DNA of 64,000 nucleotides from Euglena gracilis (taxonomy: Eukaryota). Where the stretch lies: NCBI GenBank assembly GCA_039621445.1, contig CP154954.1:39021816-39085815 (forward strand), read 5' to 3'. Made by a program: the position numbers and the translations under genes. Position 1 is the stretch's first letter. Every line of letters starts with the position of its first letter. The notes under the pieces are model-generated. The model did not search any database, had not been told where the DNA came from, and was given only the letters and a program-made list of their open reading frames with translations. Below are positions 26,801 to 36,655 of this stretch, one piece after another.

Positions 26801-27237
26801 GGTTGTTTACTAGCCGTGGTACTGATGATGGGGGTTTTGAATGGGGCTTTTGGAGGGGTGCACAGACTGACCACAATGCGAGGAATGCAAACAAGACAAA
26901 CCTGGAAGGCGAGGAAGAGGAGGATGACGGCGACGATGGCCACAGCCCAGGTGGTGACGGTTGCCTTAGCAGTTGTGGTGGTTGTGGGGGTGTTGGTGGT
27001 GGTCGTGGGGGTGGGCGTTGATGTTGAGGCCGGGGGCGTCGGAGGTTTGGGGCGGAATGTTGGGGTGGCGGTGACGCTGATGCTGCTGGGGGCTGCTGCG
27101 GAGGGCGGTGGAGTGTAGTTGTAGCAGTAGTTTAATGGAGTGTAGTTGTTAAGGAAGAGTTGGTTGTTTGGTGGCGGCGGCGGTGGGGTGGGGCGAGGGT
27201 TGGTTGTTGTGAAAAATGGGGACGTTGCACATGACAT
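10302..27237 (-). CDS. Multi-exon gene for a hypothetical ~476-aa membrane protein (Thr/Pro-rich N-terminus, hydrophobic segments, CxxC-x19-CxxC, Pro/Ala-rich C-terminus)
   Basis: Exons in transcript order: 27237-26902, 19259-19175, 18094-18012, 17937-17900, 17618-17560, 17322-17243, 15312-15254 (3' end uncertain), 14488-14417, 13886-13781, 13651-13561, 13137-13045, 12667-12528, 11480-11348, 10357-10302. Total 1431 nt, ATG to TGA, no internal stop. Translation: MSCATSPFF...WAVAIVAVILLFLAFQ|VPPPAAYVAPAVLLREADEEAAEHEQDR|QHQLHPPQNLLARARRAADPLRGIRQLL|EYWWLLETPAER|TAKEIQVRHVVADPGLCARC|HHRRLGMVQAEVAGRSVPLCPACRFAT|VRGWWLVPLLLAPIVAAGW|TTYQRALLLILPTTDSRLANTLAW|LAVVSTYSWLYVDCLRPRLRWVAGLYPCTAIGGPFA|AEGPPPPAAAAIVHAIDRRLREQVEGNGYG|DNAAYAALRVAHTWAVAAGGMGDLAVHALLL|EVPAPFINPTTPLQRW...IRRRLWPA|ARRAEPPAPP...AVAQP|RPNALKRAWRKLKHKLHR*. 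The start codon and the exon 7/8 junction are the least certain parts. Confidence 0.8.
10480..10612. mobile_element. Degenerate MITE, family D (CAGGGTTCGATATAAGGA)
   Basis: ccaggttcgatctcagg ... cctcatatcaaaccctg; flanks gggtggag/ggctggaa. Confidence 0.7.
11025..11292. mobile_element. MITE, family A
   Basis: caggtggatttttatgacc ... cttaaaaaaacccctg; flanks gaagggag/gaaaggag (7/8). Confidence 0.8.
11535..11955. mobile_element. hAT-like MITE with internal gcggcgcttgcggcgca repeats
   Basis: Perfect 17-bp TIR cagactttcagttagtg; perfect TSD tctgggac. Confidence 0.93.
12222..12421. mobile_element. MITE, family A (older copy)
   Basis: cagggtttttatcaagac ... aaaaaaccctg; degenerate TSD gtcgggat/gttgtggt. 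Confidence 0.75.
12668..13044 (-). other. Nonconventional intron
   Basis: ggc-CAGgcc ... ggcCTG-cggcc|A; in-frame LLL|EVPAPF. Confidence 0.75.
13138..13560 (-). other. Nonconventional intron (CAC...GTG variant)
   Basis: ggc-CACaccttggctca ... tgagccagggcGTG-gcggc|A; 14-bp stem with 2 differences; in-frame GYG|DNAAY. Confidence 0.7.
13652..13780 (-). other. Conventional GT-AG intron (129 nt)
   Basis: GCG|gttggt ... C-tract cag|GCA; phase 0; it has no stop codon, so retention cannot be excluded. Confidence 0.6.
13887..14416 (-). other. Nonconventional intron equal to an intact MITE plus 8 nt of TSD
   Basis: ggc-CAGggttgtatgggaa ... ttcccatacaagcCTG-cggct|G; flanking 8-mers gccagccg/gccagcca; removal restores LANTLAWLAVVSTY. 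Confidence 0.9.
13892..14413. mobile_element. MITE, family C, inserted in coding sequence
   Basis: 16-bp TIR with 1 mismatch; TSD 7/8. Confidence 0.92.
14494..14774. mobile_element. MITE, family A, containing a G run of about 50 nt
   Basis: caggggtttttttaag ... cttaaaaaaatccctg; perfect TSD gtcaatgc. Confidence 0.93.
14788..14879. repeat. Compound microsatellite (ATG)n(AAC)n
   Basis: Read directly from the sequence. Confidence 0.95.
14963..15095. mobile_element. Short MITE, family D
   Basis: cagggttcgatataagga ... tccttatatcaaaccctg. Confidence 0.85.
15313..17242 (-). other. Conventional GT-AG intron (may contain a 15-nt microexon at 16136-16150)
   Basis: Donor ACG|gtgtgg; acceptor ttttccctctcacag|GTC; phase 0. 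Confidence 0.65.
15572..15867. mobile_element. MITE (CAGGCTGT termini) inserted in a G tract
   Basis: caggctgtttttt ... aaaatacagcctg; G-run flanks on both sides. Confidence 0.75.
17323..17559 (-). other. Nonconventional intron (CAC...GTG variant)
   Basis: gcc-CACgcccttc ... gaagggcGTG-ggacc|A; perfect 10-bp stem; removal joins the two CxxC halves in frame. Confidence 0.8.
17619..17899 (-). other. Nonconventional intron
   Basis: aac-CAGggcagaacggg ... cccgttctgccCTG-ggggc|G; perfect 14-bp terminal inverted repeat; frame preserved. Confidence 0.85.
17938..18011 (-). other. Nonconventional intron (74 nt)
   Basis: gag-CAGgctg ... cagcCTG-acgcc|G; 7-bp terminal stem; frame preserved (QLL|EYWW). 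Confidence 0.8.
18095..19174 (-). other. Nonconventional intron
   Basis: acg-CAGgccccggtgg ... ccagcagggtCTG-ggggc|A; ends largely complementary; frame preserved. Confidence 0.75.
19260..26901 (-). other. Conventional GT-AG intron 1 (7.6 kb, mostly satellite)
   Basis: Donor CAG|gtttgt at 26901; acceptor ttttctcgacag|GTC at 19260; phase 0 join FLAFQ|VPPP. Confidence 0.7.
19345..26740. repeat. Tandem satellite, unit about 211 bp, about 35 copies
   Basis: Unit ttttaccagcagtggttccggtggc...aatttcgctattgcggggtg recurs every 209-215 bp. Confidence 0.98.
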
Positions 27238-27602
27238 TGATTGCGCGTGAGTGCCCAAAAAAAACATTCATTTGCAAATTATATGGAAGGTTCAACTGTC
27301 ATTTGTTACCCATTGGCTTTAGGGTGCCCACACAGCCCTGGGAGTTCTGGTTGGTCGAGAAATGCCCGAGAATCGAGAAAGAAAATGGATACGTCTTCGG
27401 CAAACCTTCAAAAAAAACCTGGCACCAGGTTGGACAGATTTTGGCCATTTTGGCAAAATGATGATTTTTGAAGAAAAACACGTCAGGTGCACCAGGGGAA
27501 CAAACCCTGAACAGGCCGCAGGGGTGGGAGGGCCGGCAGACTGGGTGCTGGGAGAGCCAGCAGGATGGGCCGGCAGGCCGGCATGGGTGCTGGGGCCAGC
27601 AG

Positions 27603-27809
27603 CACACCATTGCTTAGCGACCCCCTGGGGGGGGTCACGTTCCATTCTGAAAAAACCAGTCAGTCACTGTACCCCTGAATAGGAGAAATCAAAAAAAATC
27701 CGGCGCCTTTGGCGCCAGGCCAGCCACTTTTCGTCACCCCCCCCCCCCAGCGGCGTCAGTCACCCCCCCCTTCGGAGGTGGGGTAGTCCAGGTGTTAAGC
27801 AATGGTATG
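27603..27809. mobile_element. MITE, family B
   Basis: cacaccattgctta ... taagcaatggtatg; perfect TSD gccagcag. Confidence 0.92.
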
Positions 27810-27846
27810 GCCAGCAGTTTGGGCTGGCAGGCCGGCAGGGCCAGGG

Positions 27847-28286
27847 CAGGGTTCGATATAAGGACAGGTGGGGGGGGGGGTGGTCCGGACCCCCCCCTGC
27901 GGGCCAGGAGGGGGGGGGGGGGGGTGGGGGGGCGCCCCCGCCCACCTAAACAGGTGCGCGGTCAGGGTGGCCGAATTTTCGGCCCGGCGCGAAGCGCCGG
28001 GCCGAAAATTTTTGACCCCCCAAAACGACCAAAAGTGCCATTTTGGGCACTTTTGGGGCAAAAATGTGCCAAAAATGCAAAAAATTTTCGGCGCGAAGCG
28101 CCGGAGGAAAAAATTGACCCTTTTTGGGGGGGGTCAATTTTTGCCCCCGAGGGTCGGTCCGGACCCCCCTTGCAGGTGGGGGGGGGGGTGGTCCGGACCC
28201 CCCCCCGCGGGCCAGGAGGGGGGGGGGGGGTGGGGGGGGACCCCCCCCCACCTAAACCATGTACGCCCTCCTTATATCGAACCCTG
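27847..28286. mobile_element. MITE, family D
   Basis: Perfect 18-bp TIR cagggttcgatataagga; perfect TSD ggccaggg. Confidence 0.95.
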
Positions 28287-28294
28287 GGCCAGGG

Positions 28295-31200
28295 TGACCC
28301 TGTGCGCCGGCGTGGGGAGGGAGCGTCGAAGGGGGAGGGCAGCGGGGCCGGCGACCACCACGTGATGCGGTGGCAGGGCCGTATGGGAATCTCGGACGAG
28401 GGAGTGGGGGGAGCACCTTTCCAAAACTGGGGGGGGGGACCCTGCCAAGTTTTCGGTCGCCGAAATCTTTGTCCGTTTTTCAGGTTAAAAAAAATCAGTT
28501 GCTCTGGGAATTTCTCTCAGAAATGGCAGGGAATCAGAGGAAATGTCAGGAAATGTCAATCCAACAGTATTTTGATTTCCCCGCAACTCCCTGCCTGTCC
28601 CGAGCTACGGCCATTTTTCGGCCATTTGCCAAAAATTCATGCTGACCCTCAAGAGGGCCCCAAAATGCACACCCGGCGTGAAGCGCCGGAAGATTTTTGT
28701 TTGCCCCCCCCTTCCGCCACCTTGCCCCCCTTGGTGGGGGGGGGGGGGTGTGCTACCACCAACCTCTGTATGCGGAACTTCCCATGCAACCCTGTGCGCC
28801 GGCGTGGGGAGGGAGCGTCGAAGGGGGAGGGCGAGGCGAAGGGGGAGGGCGAGGCGAAGGGGGCCGGCGATCACCAGGTGATTCGGCGGCACGGTCGTAT
28901 GGGAATCTCGGAGGAGGGAGGGGGGGAGCGCCCTTCCAAAACTGGGGGGGGTCAGGGTTCGATATAAGGACAGGTGGGGGGGTCGGAGCGGGCCAGGAGG
29001 GGGGGGGGGTGGGGGGGGGACAACCCCCCCCCCACCTAAACAGGTGCGCGTCAGGGTGGGAATCGGCCCGGCGCGAAGCGCCGGGATTTTTGACCCCCAA
29101 AACGACCAAAAGTGCCATTTTGGGCACTTTTGGGCATGTGCCAAAAATGCAAAAAAATCGGCGCGAAGCGCCGGAGGAAAAAATTGACCCTTTTGGGGGG
29201 GGTCAATTTTTGCTCCCCGGGGTCGGTCCGGACCCCCTTGCAGGTGGGGGGGGGTGGTCCGGACCCCCCCTGCGGGCCAGGGGGGGGGGGGGGGGGGGGG
29301 GACACCCCCCCACCTAAACCATGTACGCCCTCCTTATATCGAACCCTGGGGGGGGGGGGGGGGTGGGAGGACCCAGTTTTTTTTCGCCGAAAATTTTGGC
29401 CATTGTCCAGGATAAATAAAAAATCAGTTTTTTTTGGTGTCTCTCAAAAATGGCAGGGAATCAGAGGCAATGTCAGGAGAACTAAATTGAAGAACTGAAA
29501 GTTCACAATCTAACAGGATTTTAATTTCCTGCCAACTCCTCACCTGTCCCGAGCTACGGCCATTTGTGGCCATTTGCCAAAAATTTCATGCTGACCCTCA
29601 AGAGGCTCCCAAAATGCACACACGGCGTGAAGCGCAGGAAGATTTTTTTTGCCCCACACCCCTTTCCGCCACCTTGTCTCCAGGGGGGGGGGTGTCCGGA
29701 CCCCCCCTGCCGGCATGGGGAGGAGCGTCGAGGGGGAGGGGGTCGAAGGGGGGGTGGCGGGGCCGGCGATCACCAGGTGATGCGGCGGCAGGGCCGTATG
29801 GGAATCTCGACGAGGAGTGGGGGGGAGCCCCTTTCCAAAACTGGGGGGGGGGGACCCTGCCCAGTTTTCGGTCGCCGAAAATTTTGGCCGTTTTTCAGGT
29901 TAAAAAAATCAGTTTTTTTTGGTGTCTCTCAAAAATGGCAGGGAATCAGAGGAAATGTCAGGAAATGTCAATCCAACAGTATTTTGATTTCCCCGCAACT
30001 CCCCACCTGTCCCGAGCTACGGCCATTTGTGGCCATTTGCCAAAAATTTCATGCTGACCCTCAAGAGGGTCCCAAAATGCACACCCGGCGTGAAGCGCCG
30101 GAAGATTTTTTTTGCCCCCCCCCCCTTTCCGCCACCTTGCCTCCAGGGGGGGGTCCTCTGTCTGCGGAACTTCCCATGCAACCCTGTGTGCCGGCATGGG
30201 GAGGGAGCGTCGAAGGGGGAGGGAGCGTCGAAGGGGGAGGGTGGCGGGGCCGGCGATCACCAGGTGATGCGGCGGCAGGGCCGTATGGGAATCTCGGACG
30301 AGGGAGTGGGGGGGACAACCTTTCCAAAACCGGGGGGGGGGGGGGGCCGACCCAGTTTTTGTTCGCCGAAAATTTTGGCCGTTTTTCGGGTTAAAGAAAA
30401 ATCAATTTCTCTGGGAAATTCTGAGAAATGGCAGGGAATCAGAGGAAATGTCAGGAAAATCCATTGGAGTGCCCATCCTTGAATTCCATTGACCCTGCGG
30501 CGGGGGGGGGGGGGGGGGGGGTGCTACCACCAACCTCTGTAGGAACTTCCCCGTGCGCCGGCGGGGGGGGGGCGAGGTTTGGTTCGGGCCCAGGGAATTT
30601 CGCGGAGGTCCCTCAAAAATGTCCAAAATCCAAAAAAAAATTAAAAAAAAATCAAAAAATCAGAGAACCAAATTCCCCAAAAATCCCAACTTCCATGCAA
30701 CCCTGTGTGGGGGGGGAGGGAGCGTCGTGGGGGGGGGGCGTGAAGGGGTAGGGGAATCTAATGGGAGGAGTGGGGGGGACAACCTTTCCAAAACCGGGGG
30801 GGGGGGGACCCTGCCCAGTTTTCGGTCGCCGAAATCTTTGTCCGTTTTTCAGGTTAAAAAAAATCAGTTGCTCTGGGAATTTCTCTCAGAAATGGCAGGG
30901 AATCAGAGGAAATGTCAGGAAATGTCAATCCAACAGTATTTTGATTTCCCCGCAACTCCCTGCCTGTCCCGAGCTACGGCCATTTTTCGGCCATTTGCCA
31001 AAAATTCATGCTGACCCTCAAGAGGGTCCCAAAATGCACACCCGGCGTGAAGCGCCGGAAGATTTTTGTTTGCCCCCCCCCCCCCTTCCGCCACCTTGCC
31101 CCCCTTGGTGGGGGGGGGGGTGTGCTACCACCAACCTCTGTATGCGGAACTTCCCATGCAACCCTGTGCGCCGGCGTGGGGAGGGAGCGTCGAAGGGGGA

Positions 31201-32730
31201 GGGCGAGGCGAAGGGGAGGGCGAGGCGAAGGGGGCCGGCGATCACCAGGTGATTCGGCGGCACGGTCGTATGGGAATCTCGGAGGAGGGAGGGGGGGGAG
31301 CGCCCTTCCAAAACTGGGGGGGGGGGTGTTGGAGGACCCAGTTTTCGTTCGCCGAAAATTTTGGCCATCGTCCGGGTTAAATAAAAAATCAGTTTTTTTT
31401 GGTGTCTCTCAAAAATGGCAGGGAATCAGAGGAAATGTCAGGAGAACCAAATTGAAGCCCTGAAAATGCCCAATCTAACAGTATTTTGATTTCCCCGCAA
31501 CTCCCCACCTGTCCCGAGCTACGGCCATTTGTGGCCATTTGCCAAAAATTTCATGCTGACCCTCAAGAGGGTCCCAAAATGCACCCCCGGCATGAAGCGC
31601 CGGAAGATTTTTTTTGCCCCCCGCCTTTCCGCCACCTTGCCTCCAGGGGGGGGGTCCTCTGTCTGCGGAACTTCCCATGCAACCCTGTGTGCCGGCGTGG
31701 GGAGGGAGCGTCGAAGGGGGAGGGAGCGTCGAAGGGGGAGGGTGGCGGGGCCGGCGATCACCAGGTGATGCGGCAGCAGGGCCGTATGGGAACCTTGGAG
31801 GAGGGAGTGGGGGGGGAGCACCTTTCCAAAACTGGGGGGGGGGAGGACCCTGCCCAGTTTTCGGTCGCCGAAATCTTTGGCCGTTTTTCAGGTTTAAAAA
31901 AATCAATTTCTCTGGGAAATTCTGAGAAATGGCAGGGAATCAGAGGAAATGTCAGGAAATGTCAATCCAACAGTATTTTGATTTCCCCGCAACTCCCTGC
32001 CTGTCCCGAGCTACGGCCATTTTTCGGCCATTTGCCAAAATTTCATGCTGACCCTCAAGAGGGTCCCAAAATGCACACCCGTCGTGAGCGCCGGAAGATT
32101 TTTGTTTGCCTCCCCCCTTTCCGCCACCTTGCCCCCCTTGGTGGGGGGGGGGGTGCTACCACCAACCTCTGTATGCGGAACTTCCCATGCAACCCTGTGC
32201 GCTGGCGTGGGGAGGGCGAGGCGAAGGGGGAGGGCGGCGGGGCCGGCGATCACGAGGTGATTCGGCGGCACGGTCGTATGGGAATCTCGGAGGAGTGGGG
32301 GGGAGCGCCCTTCCAAAACTGGGGGGGGGGGGGGGGGGGGACCTGGCCTCCGCCTCCCAGTTTTCGGTTGCCAAAAATTTTGGCCACTTTTCCCAGTACC
32401 AGAGAAATCAATTTCTCTGGGAAATTCTGAGAAATGGCAGGGAATCAGAGGAAATGTCAGGAAAACCAAATCGATTCCCCCGCAACTCCCTGCCTGTCCC
32501 GAGCTACAGCCATTTGTGGCCATTTGCCAAAAATTATGCTGACTCTCAAGAGAGCGCCGGAAGATTTTTTTTTTGCCCCCGCAGAGGAGGTGGGTGTGGG
32601 AGGACCCCCCTTCTGACACTGGGGGACTCTGCCACCTCACCCCCCCAGGGGGGGGTGACCCTCCCCTGCCACCTTCCTCATGTCTGCGCAACTTCCCATG
32701 CAACCCTGTGCGCCGGCGTGGGGAGGGCGG
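28295..32730. repeat. Macrosatellite of about 8 units (~500 bp), each a family C MITE plus a ~90-bp spacer
   Basis: Repeating cagggccgtatgggaatctc ... cttcccatgcaaccctg separated by tgcgccggcgtgggg...caccaggtgatgcggcgg. Confidence 0.9.
28953..29348. mobile_element. MITE, family D, nested in the macrosatellite
   Basis: Perfect 18-bp TIR; inserted in a G tract of unit 2; near-copy of 27847-28286. Confidence 0.92.
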
Positions 32731-35365
32731 GGAGAGGGGCAGGGAGAGGAGGGAGAGGGGCGGGGAGGAAATGCCAGCACGCAATCGCTCCAAGTGTGTG
32801 GAAATACTCCAAGTTTATCACCAAAAGTGTGCCCAAATCGCCCTGCTCGCATCATGGATATTTTCCCTGTGAAGGTCTTTGCAGTTTGCGTTTCCCATCA
32901 CAATTTGTGAGGTTTACCCCCCATTTTAATGAGTTTCTGTCCGACTTTTCTCACCAAGGATGCCATTTTGGTCAGGAGCGATTGTGTGGGTGAGGAAGGG
33001 GAGGGGCGCCGGCGATCACCAGGTGATCGGGGGCGGGAGGGCGGTGCTGGAGCTGTGACAGAGAAGGAAAGAATGAAAAAGGCTTCGAAACAGACCAAAA
33101 TGGCTAAAAATGGCTGGCTTTTTTGTACCACCCTTTTGGTCAATTAGTGGGTGGGGGTTCAAGTAGGGGGGGGGGTGCTGTCAATTAGGCGGCGCTTCAG
33201 CACGGAATCCCCCCGGACAGTCAATTAGGGGGGCGGGGGGATCGGTCAAATGGGGGGGGTCAATGGGGCGACGGCAGTCCAGTTGGGGTTTTTTGGGGAC
33301 CTCCCTCACCGGGGGGGTGGGGCAATAAGAGGAGGGGTACCTTGGGGGCAGGGTTTCGGATTGCCCTGCCATCCCAAAGCAGACGACTGGCAGGGATGAA
33401 GAAAGTCAAAGCCCCCGACATTTTGCCTCCACAAGGGAATTACCCCCCGTTGTGAAGGTGCTGGCAGCAAACACTCTTGTCCACCCCAAACCATGAGATG
33501 TGTCAGACAACCACGATTCAGGCCTCAGGGGAACCGACTTGTAAAATTTTGGGTGAAGGTCCCTTGGCGAACAAGTACCACCATTTGAAAGGCATCGGTA
33601 GGGGTCAGCTGTTTGATTGCTCAAACATGACTGCACAGGGTCCGGACGGTGGAATGCTTGGTCTGAGCAATCGATGTCATGAACTGCAGGTTTCTGGGAA
33701 AAAGTCTTGGTGGCACTTGTTCACCACTCAACCGCCAGCTGCCCTGAACCTGACCCTCACCTCCACCCTGACCCTGACCCTGACCCTGACCCAAACCCAT
33801 TCCTTCAAGAACCAAAGTGTTGTTGTTTGGGGGGGTGGCGGTCGAGCAGTGAAGAAGAACCGTCTTTGTTTGAGCTGTCAAGTGACAGCTGACAGTTGCA
33901 ACGTTTGGCACTTGCATCTTTTGGCACCCAAGCATTTCACCTGCTTCATTGATGAGGTGCACATGGGACTCGTGACAAGCAGCAAAATGCAGCAGCATGG
34001 AGGAGCCAGTGGTTGGCATTGACGCAGTTCTGGGTTGGAGTGCTGGATGAGTTGCCTTCAAATCACAACACAGGAGTTGGGCAATGAGGCCAACACTGCA
34101 CTGCACTCCACTGCACTGCATTGACATTGCACTCTGTTTTGAAACCCAAACCACTGCACTGCCACTGCCATTGCGTTGCCATGCTGCCACTTTGCTGCAT
34201 GGCATTACTGCCCTGCAGTGCGTCGAGATTTGCCTCAACTCCACAAGTTTTTTTTATGACAACACCGGTGGTGTTAACGACGCTGAAGGTGGACAGCCAG
34301 ACAACTGCTCGAAGCACATGCGCCCACAAAGCACGTGTTTATTGTTTTTTTTTTGCACAGAGATTTTCTACGCATTTCTGAAGTTGAGTTCAGCCACTCA
34401 GAAGCTTCTGCATCTCAGCCATGTGGTGCTCTTTGTGAGTTTTGAAGGCAAACCAGCACTCCAATCCAGCACCGCTCCCGGACCGAAATCCACACCACCA
34501 TTCACTTTCCTTTTTGTTGTGACTTGTCTCAACCCGAACTGAATTAGAGGCACATTGATGCTGTTTCATTTCTTTTTGAATTGTTTTTCCCTGGCAATTT
34601 TTGTCGCTTTTGCAAAAACAATTGGCATTGGTTGAGGCTGATGATGGTTGAGGCCCAACCAACCACAAAACAAAACACACCAGCAGTGTGCACAACAAAT
34701 GCACAATTGTTGTTGCGTTGAACTTCATCGATTTCGGAATTGCGATGATCGCGCAACAAACGGTGAAAAAGGAAGGTCAAAAATTTCACCCAGTCACCGA
34801 ACACCTCTTTGTAAAACCATCAGTATAGCTACCGCTGACCTGTGAGCGCACAGGGAGTCATGAGTAGTTTCTCCTTATGGCGAGGGCCAAAAGAGACGCT
34901 TCCCTGGGCCCGGGGCACGGTCTGGGTGAAGCTGTGTTTCCCACCAAGGTCAATTTGTGTCACAACGGTGGTGGGGCGAACCGAACCCGCCGACAAGTGG
35001 CACAGACACCTTTTTACGAGCTGTAAATTTTGTGGGGGATACATCTAGAATGGTTGCGAAACGGTTGCCGTTTTTGCTGAACTTCATCACTGCCTGGTGA
35101 TGAAACTGGAGTTCGGGGTCGTCGAGTGGAAGTAGAGCTGGCGTGGTTTTCCTCTGCCTGCTCCACTTTTGCTCTGACCCCATTTGTGGGGGTTTTGAGT
35201 TCAGCCAAACTGGTTTCGGTTCCCAACTCCCTGTTCCCTGAAACTCCAATCGTCAGATTTGCCATCTGAGATTGGGCAAATCATCAAAGAAAATATTCTG
35301 AGCAGGGATTTCCACCCAAAATTTCCGACAGAAGGCTAAAGGAAAAACATGCATCGGCCCTGCAT

Positions 35366-36655
35366 CAGGGATGGTGTTTTTTTGGTTTTTTTCGAAAAAA
35401 ACCAAAAACTGTGTTTTTTTGTTTCAAAAAAACCACCGTTGGTTTTTTTGGATTAGGAATCGCGGTGTCTGGCTAAATCCTTGTATATCCTGATGCGTAT
35501 CGAGGATCCTACGTTGCAATGGGTATGCATTCTTTCATACAGCTTGGCCGACAGGTGAAGGTTACAGGGTGGGGTTCAAGTTATAAAAACAAGTGCGACA
35601 CGTCAATTTGACAAGTTTCAAGCTCCAAGTGATTTGCTTAAAGGTCAAGTGAGATAAAAGAAAAATGAATGAACTTGAGGACCTTCGCAAGGCGCTGCTG
35701 CAGAAGTTCGTCGTGATGTGCTTCAAGTAATTTGGTCCTATGTTTGAGTTGTTTCTGTTTCAGCTGTGTTTTGCCTTGCCCTGGGAAAAGCTCCTTAAAC
35801 AGTTTTTTGTCCACCCAAGCACATTCAACATTCACCCCCAGTTTGGTGCCACATTTTGGGCCACATCTTGGCCACAGCCGGGGGAAGCATTTTGGACCAT
35901 TCTGCTGTCCACATTTTGGCCAATTTAGTGCACATCTTGGGGCCAGAGTTTGGTGCACATCTTGGGGCCAGAGTTTGGTGCACATCTTGGGGCCAGTTTG
36001 GTGCACATCTTGGGGGCAATTTGGTGCCACAGGTGGGCAACATTTTGGTGCCACATCTTTTTGGGTCTAGCTTTCTGGCACATCTTGGGCACAGCTGTGG
36101 GCCACATCTTCGTCACAGATAGGGGCCACATCTTGTGTCCACGTGGCGGGAGTTTTGTGCCACAGGTTGGGGCAACATTTTGGAAACTTTTTGGGTCCAG
36201 TTTTCTGGCACAACTTTGGCACCAACATTTTGTGCCCCATCTTGGGGCAGTTTTGTTCCCCATCTTGGGGGAAAGTTTTGTACCACAGGGCGGTGGGTTT
36301 TTTTTTCCAGCCCGGGGTCCATGAAAACGGTCCTTTCTCTGGGGGCCGGGGGAAACAAGCCCTCGGCAGGGGGTGCGTCCAAGAGCGCAAAAAAAAAGTG
36401 AGAAACTGCTGTTTATTTTCCGGTCCCCAAGGCGCAAGTTTCCGGGTGACGTTGGGTCCAACTCAGACAGAGCCGTTCTTCTCATGCCTTTGTCCCTTCG
36501 GGGCGAGGGGCGAAGGAAACAAAAAAAACATTTTTTTTGAAAAAAACGGCGGGGGGCGGCGAAGGTAAAAAAACCGGTTTTTTTCAAAAAAACCGGGTTT
36601 TTTTCGAAAAAAACGTGTTTTAAAACGATCGGTTAGAAAACGAGGGTCATCCCTG
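35366..36655. mobile_element. Non-autonomous hAT-like DNA transposon (1.3 kb)
   Basis: cagggatg ... catccctg termini, A/T-tract subtermini, perfect TSD ccctgcat; internal ~25-bp repeats tttggtgcacatcttggggccagag (35840-36290). Confidence 0.9.

Noticed and set aside
27792-32993. ORFs of 276-391 aa in the macrosatellite
   Set aside because: They are composed of MITE and spacer repeats, and frames are inconsistent between copies.
33744-33800. (CCCTGA)n telomere-like repeat; also a gggttagggtt remnant near 48636
   Set aside because: Only a few degenerate units, consistent with ordinary microsatellites.
33440-35260. Possible decayed transposase (FIDE-like and DNCSKH-like strings; WW motif on the other strand)
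   Set aside because: Short motifs lie in different frames and strands with many stops; unsupported without a profile search.
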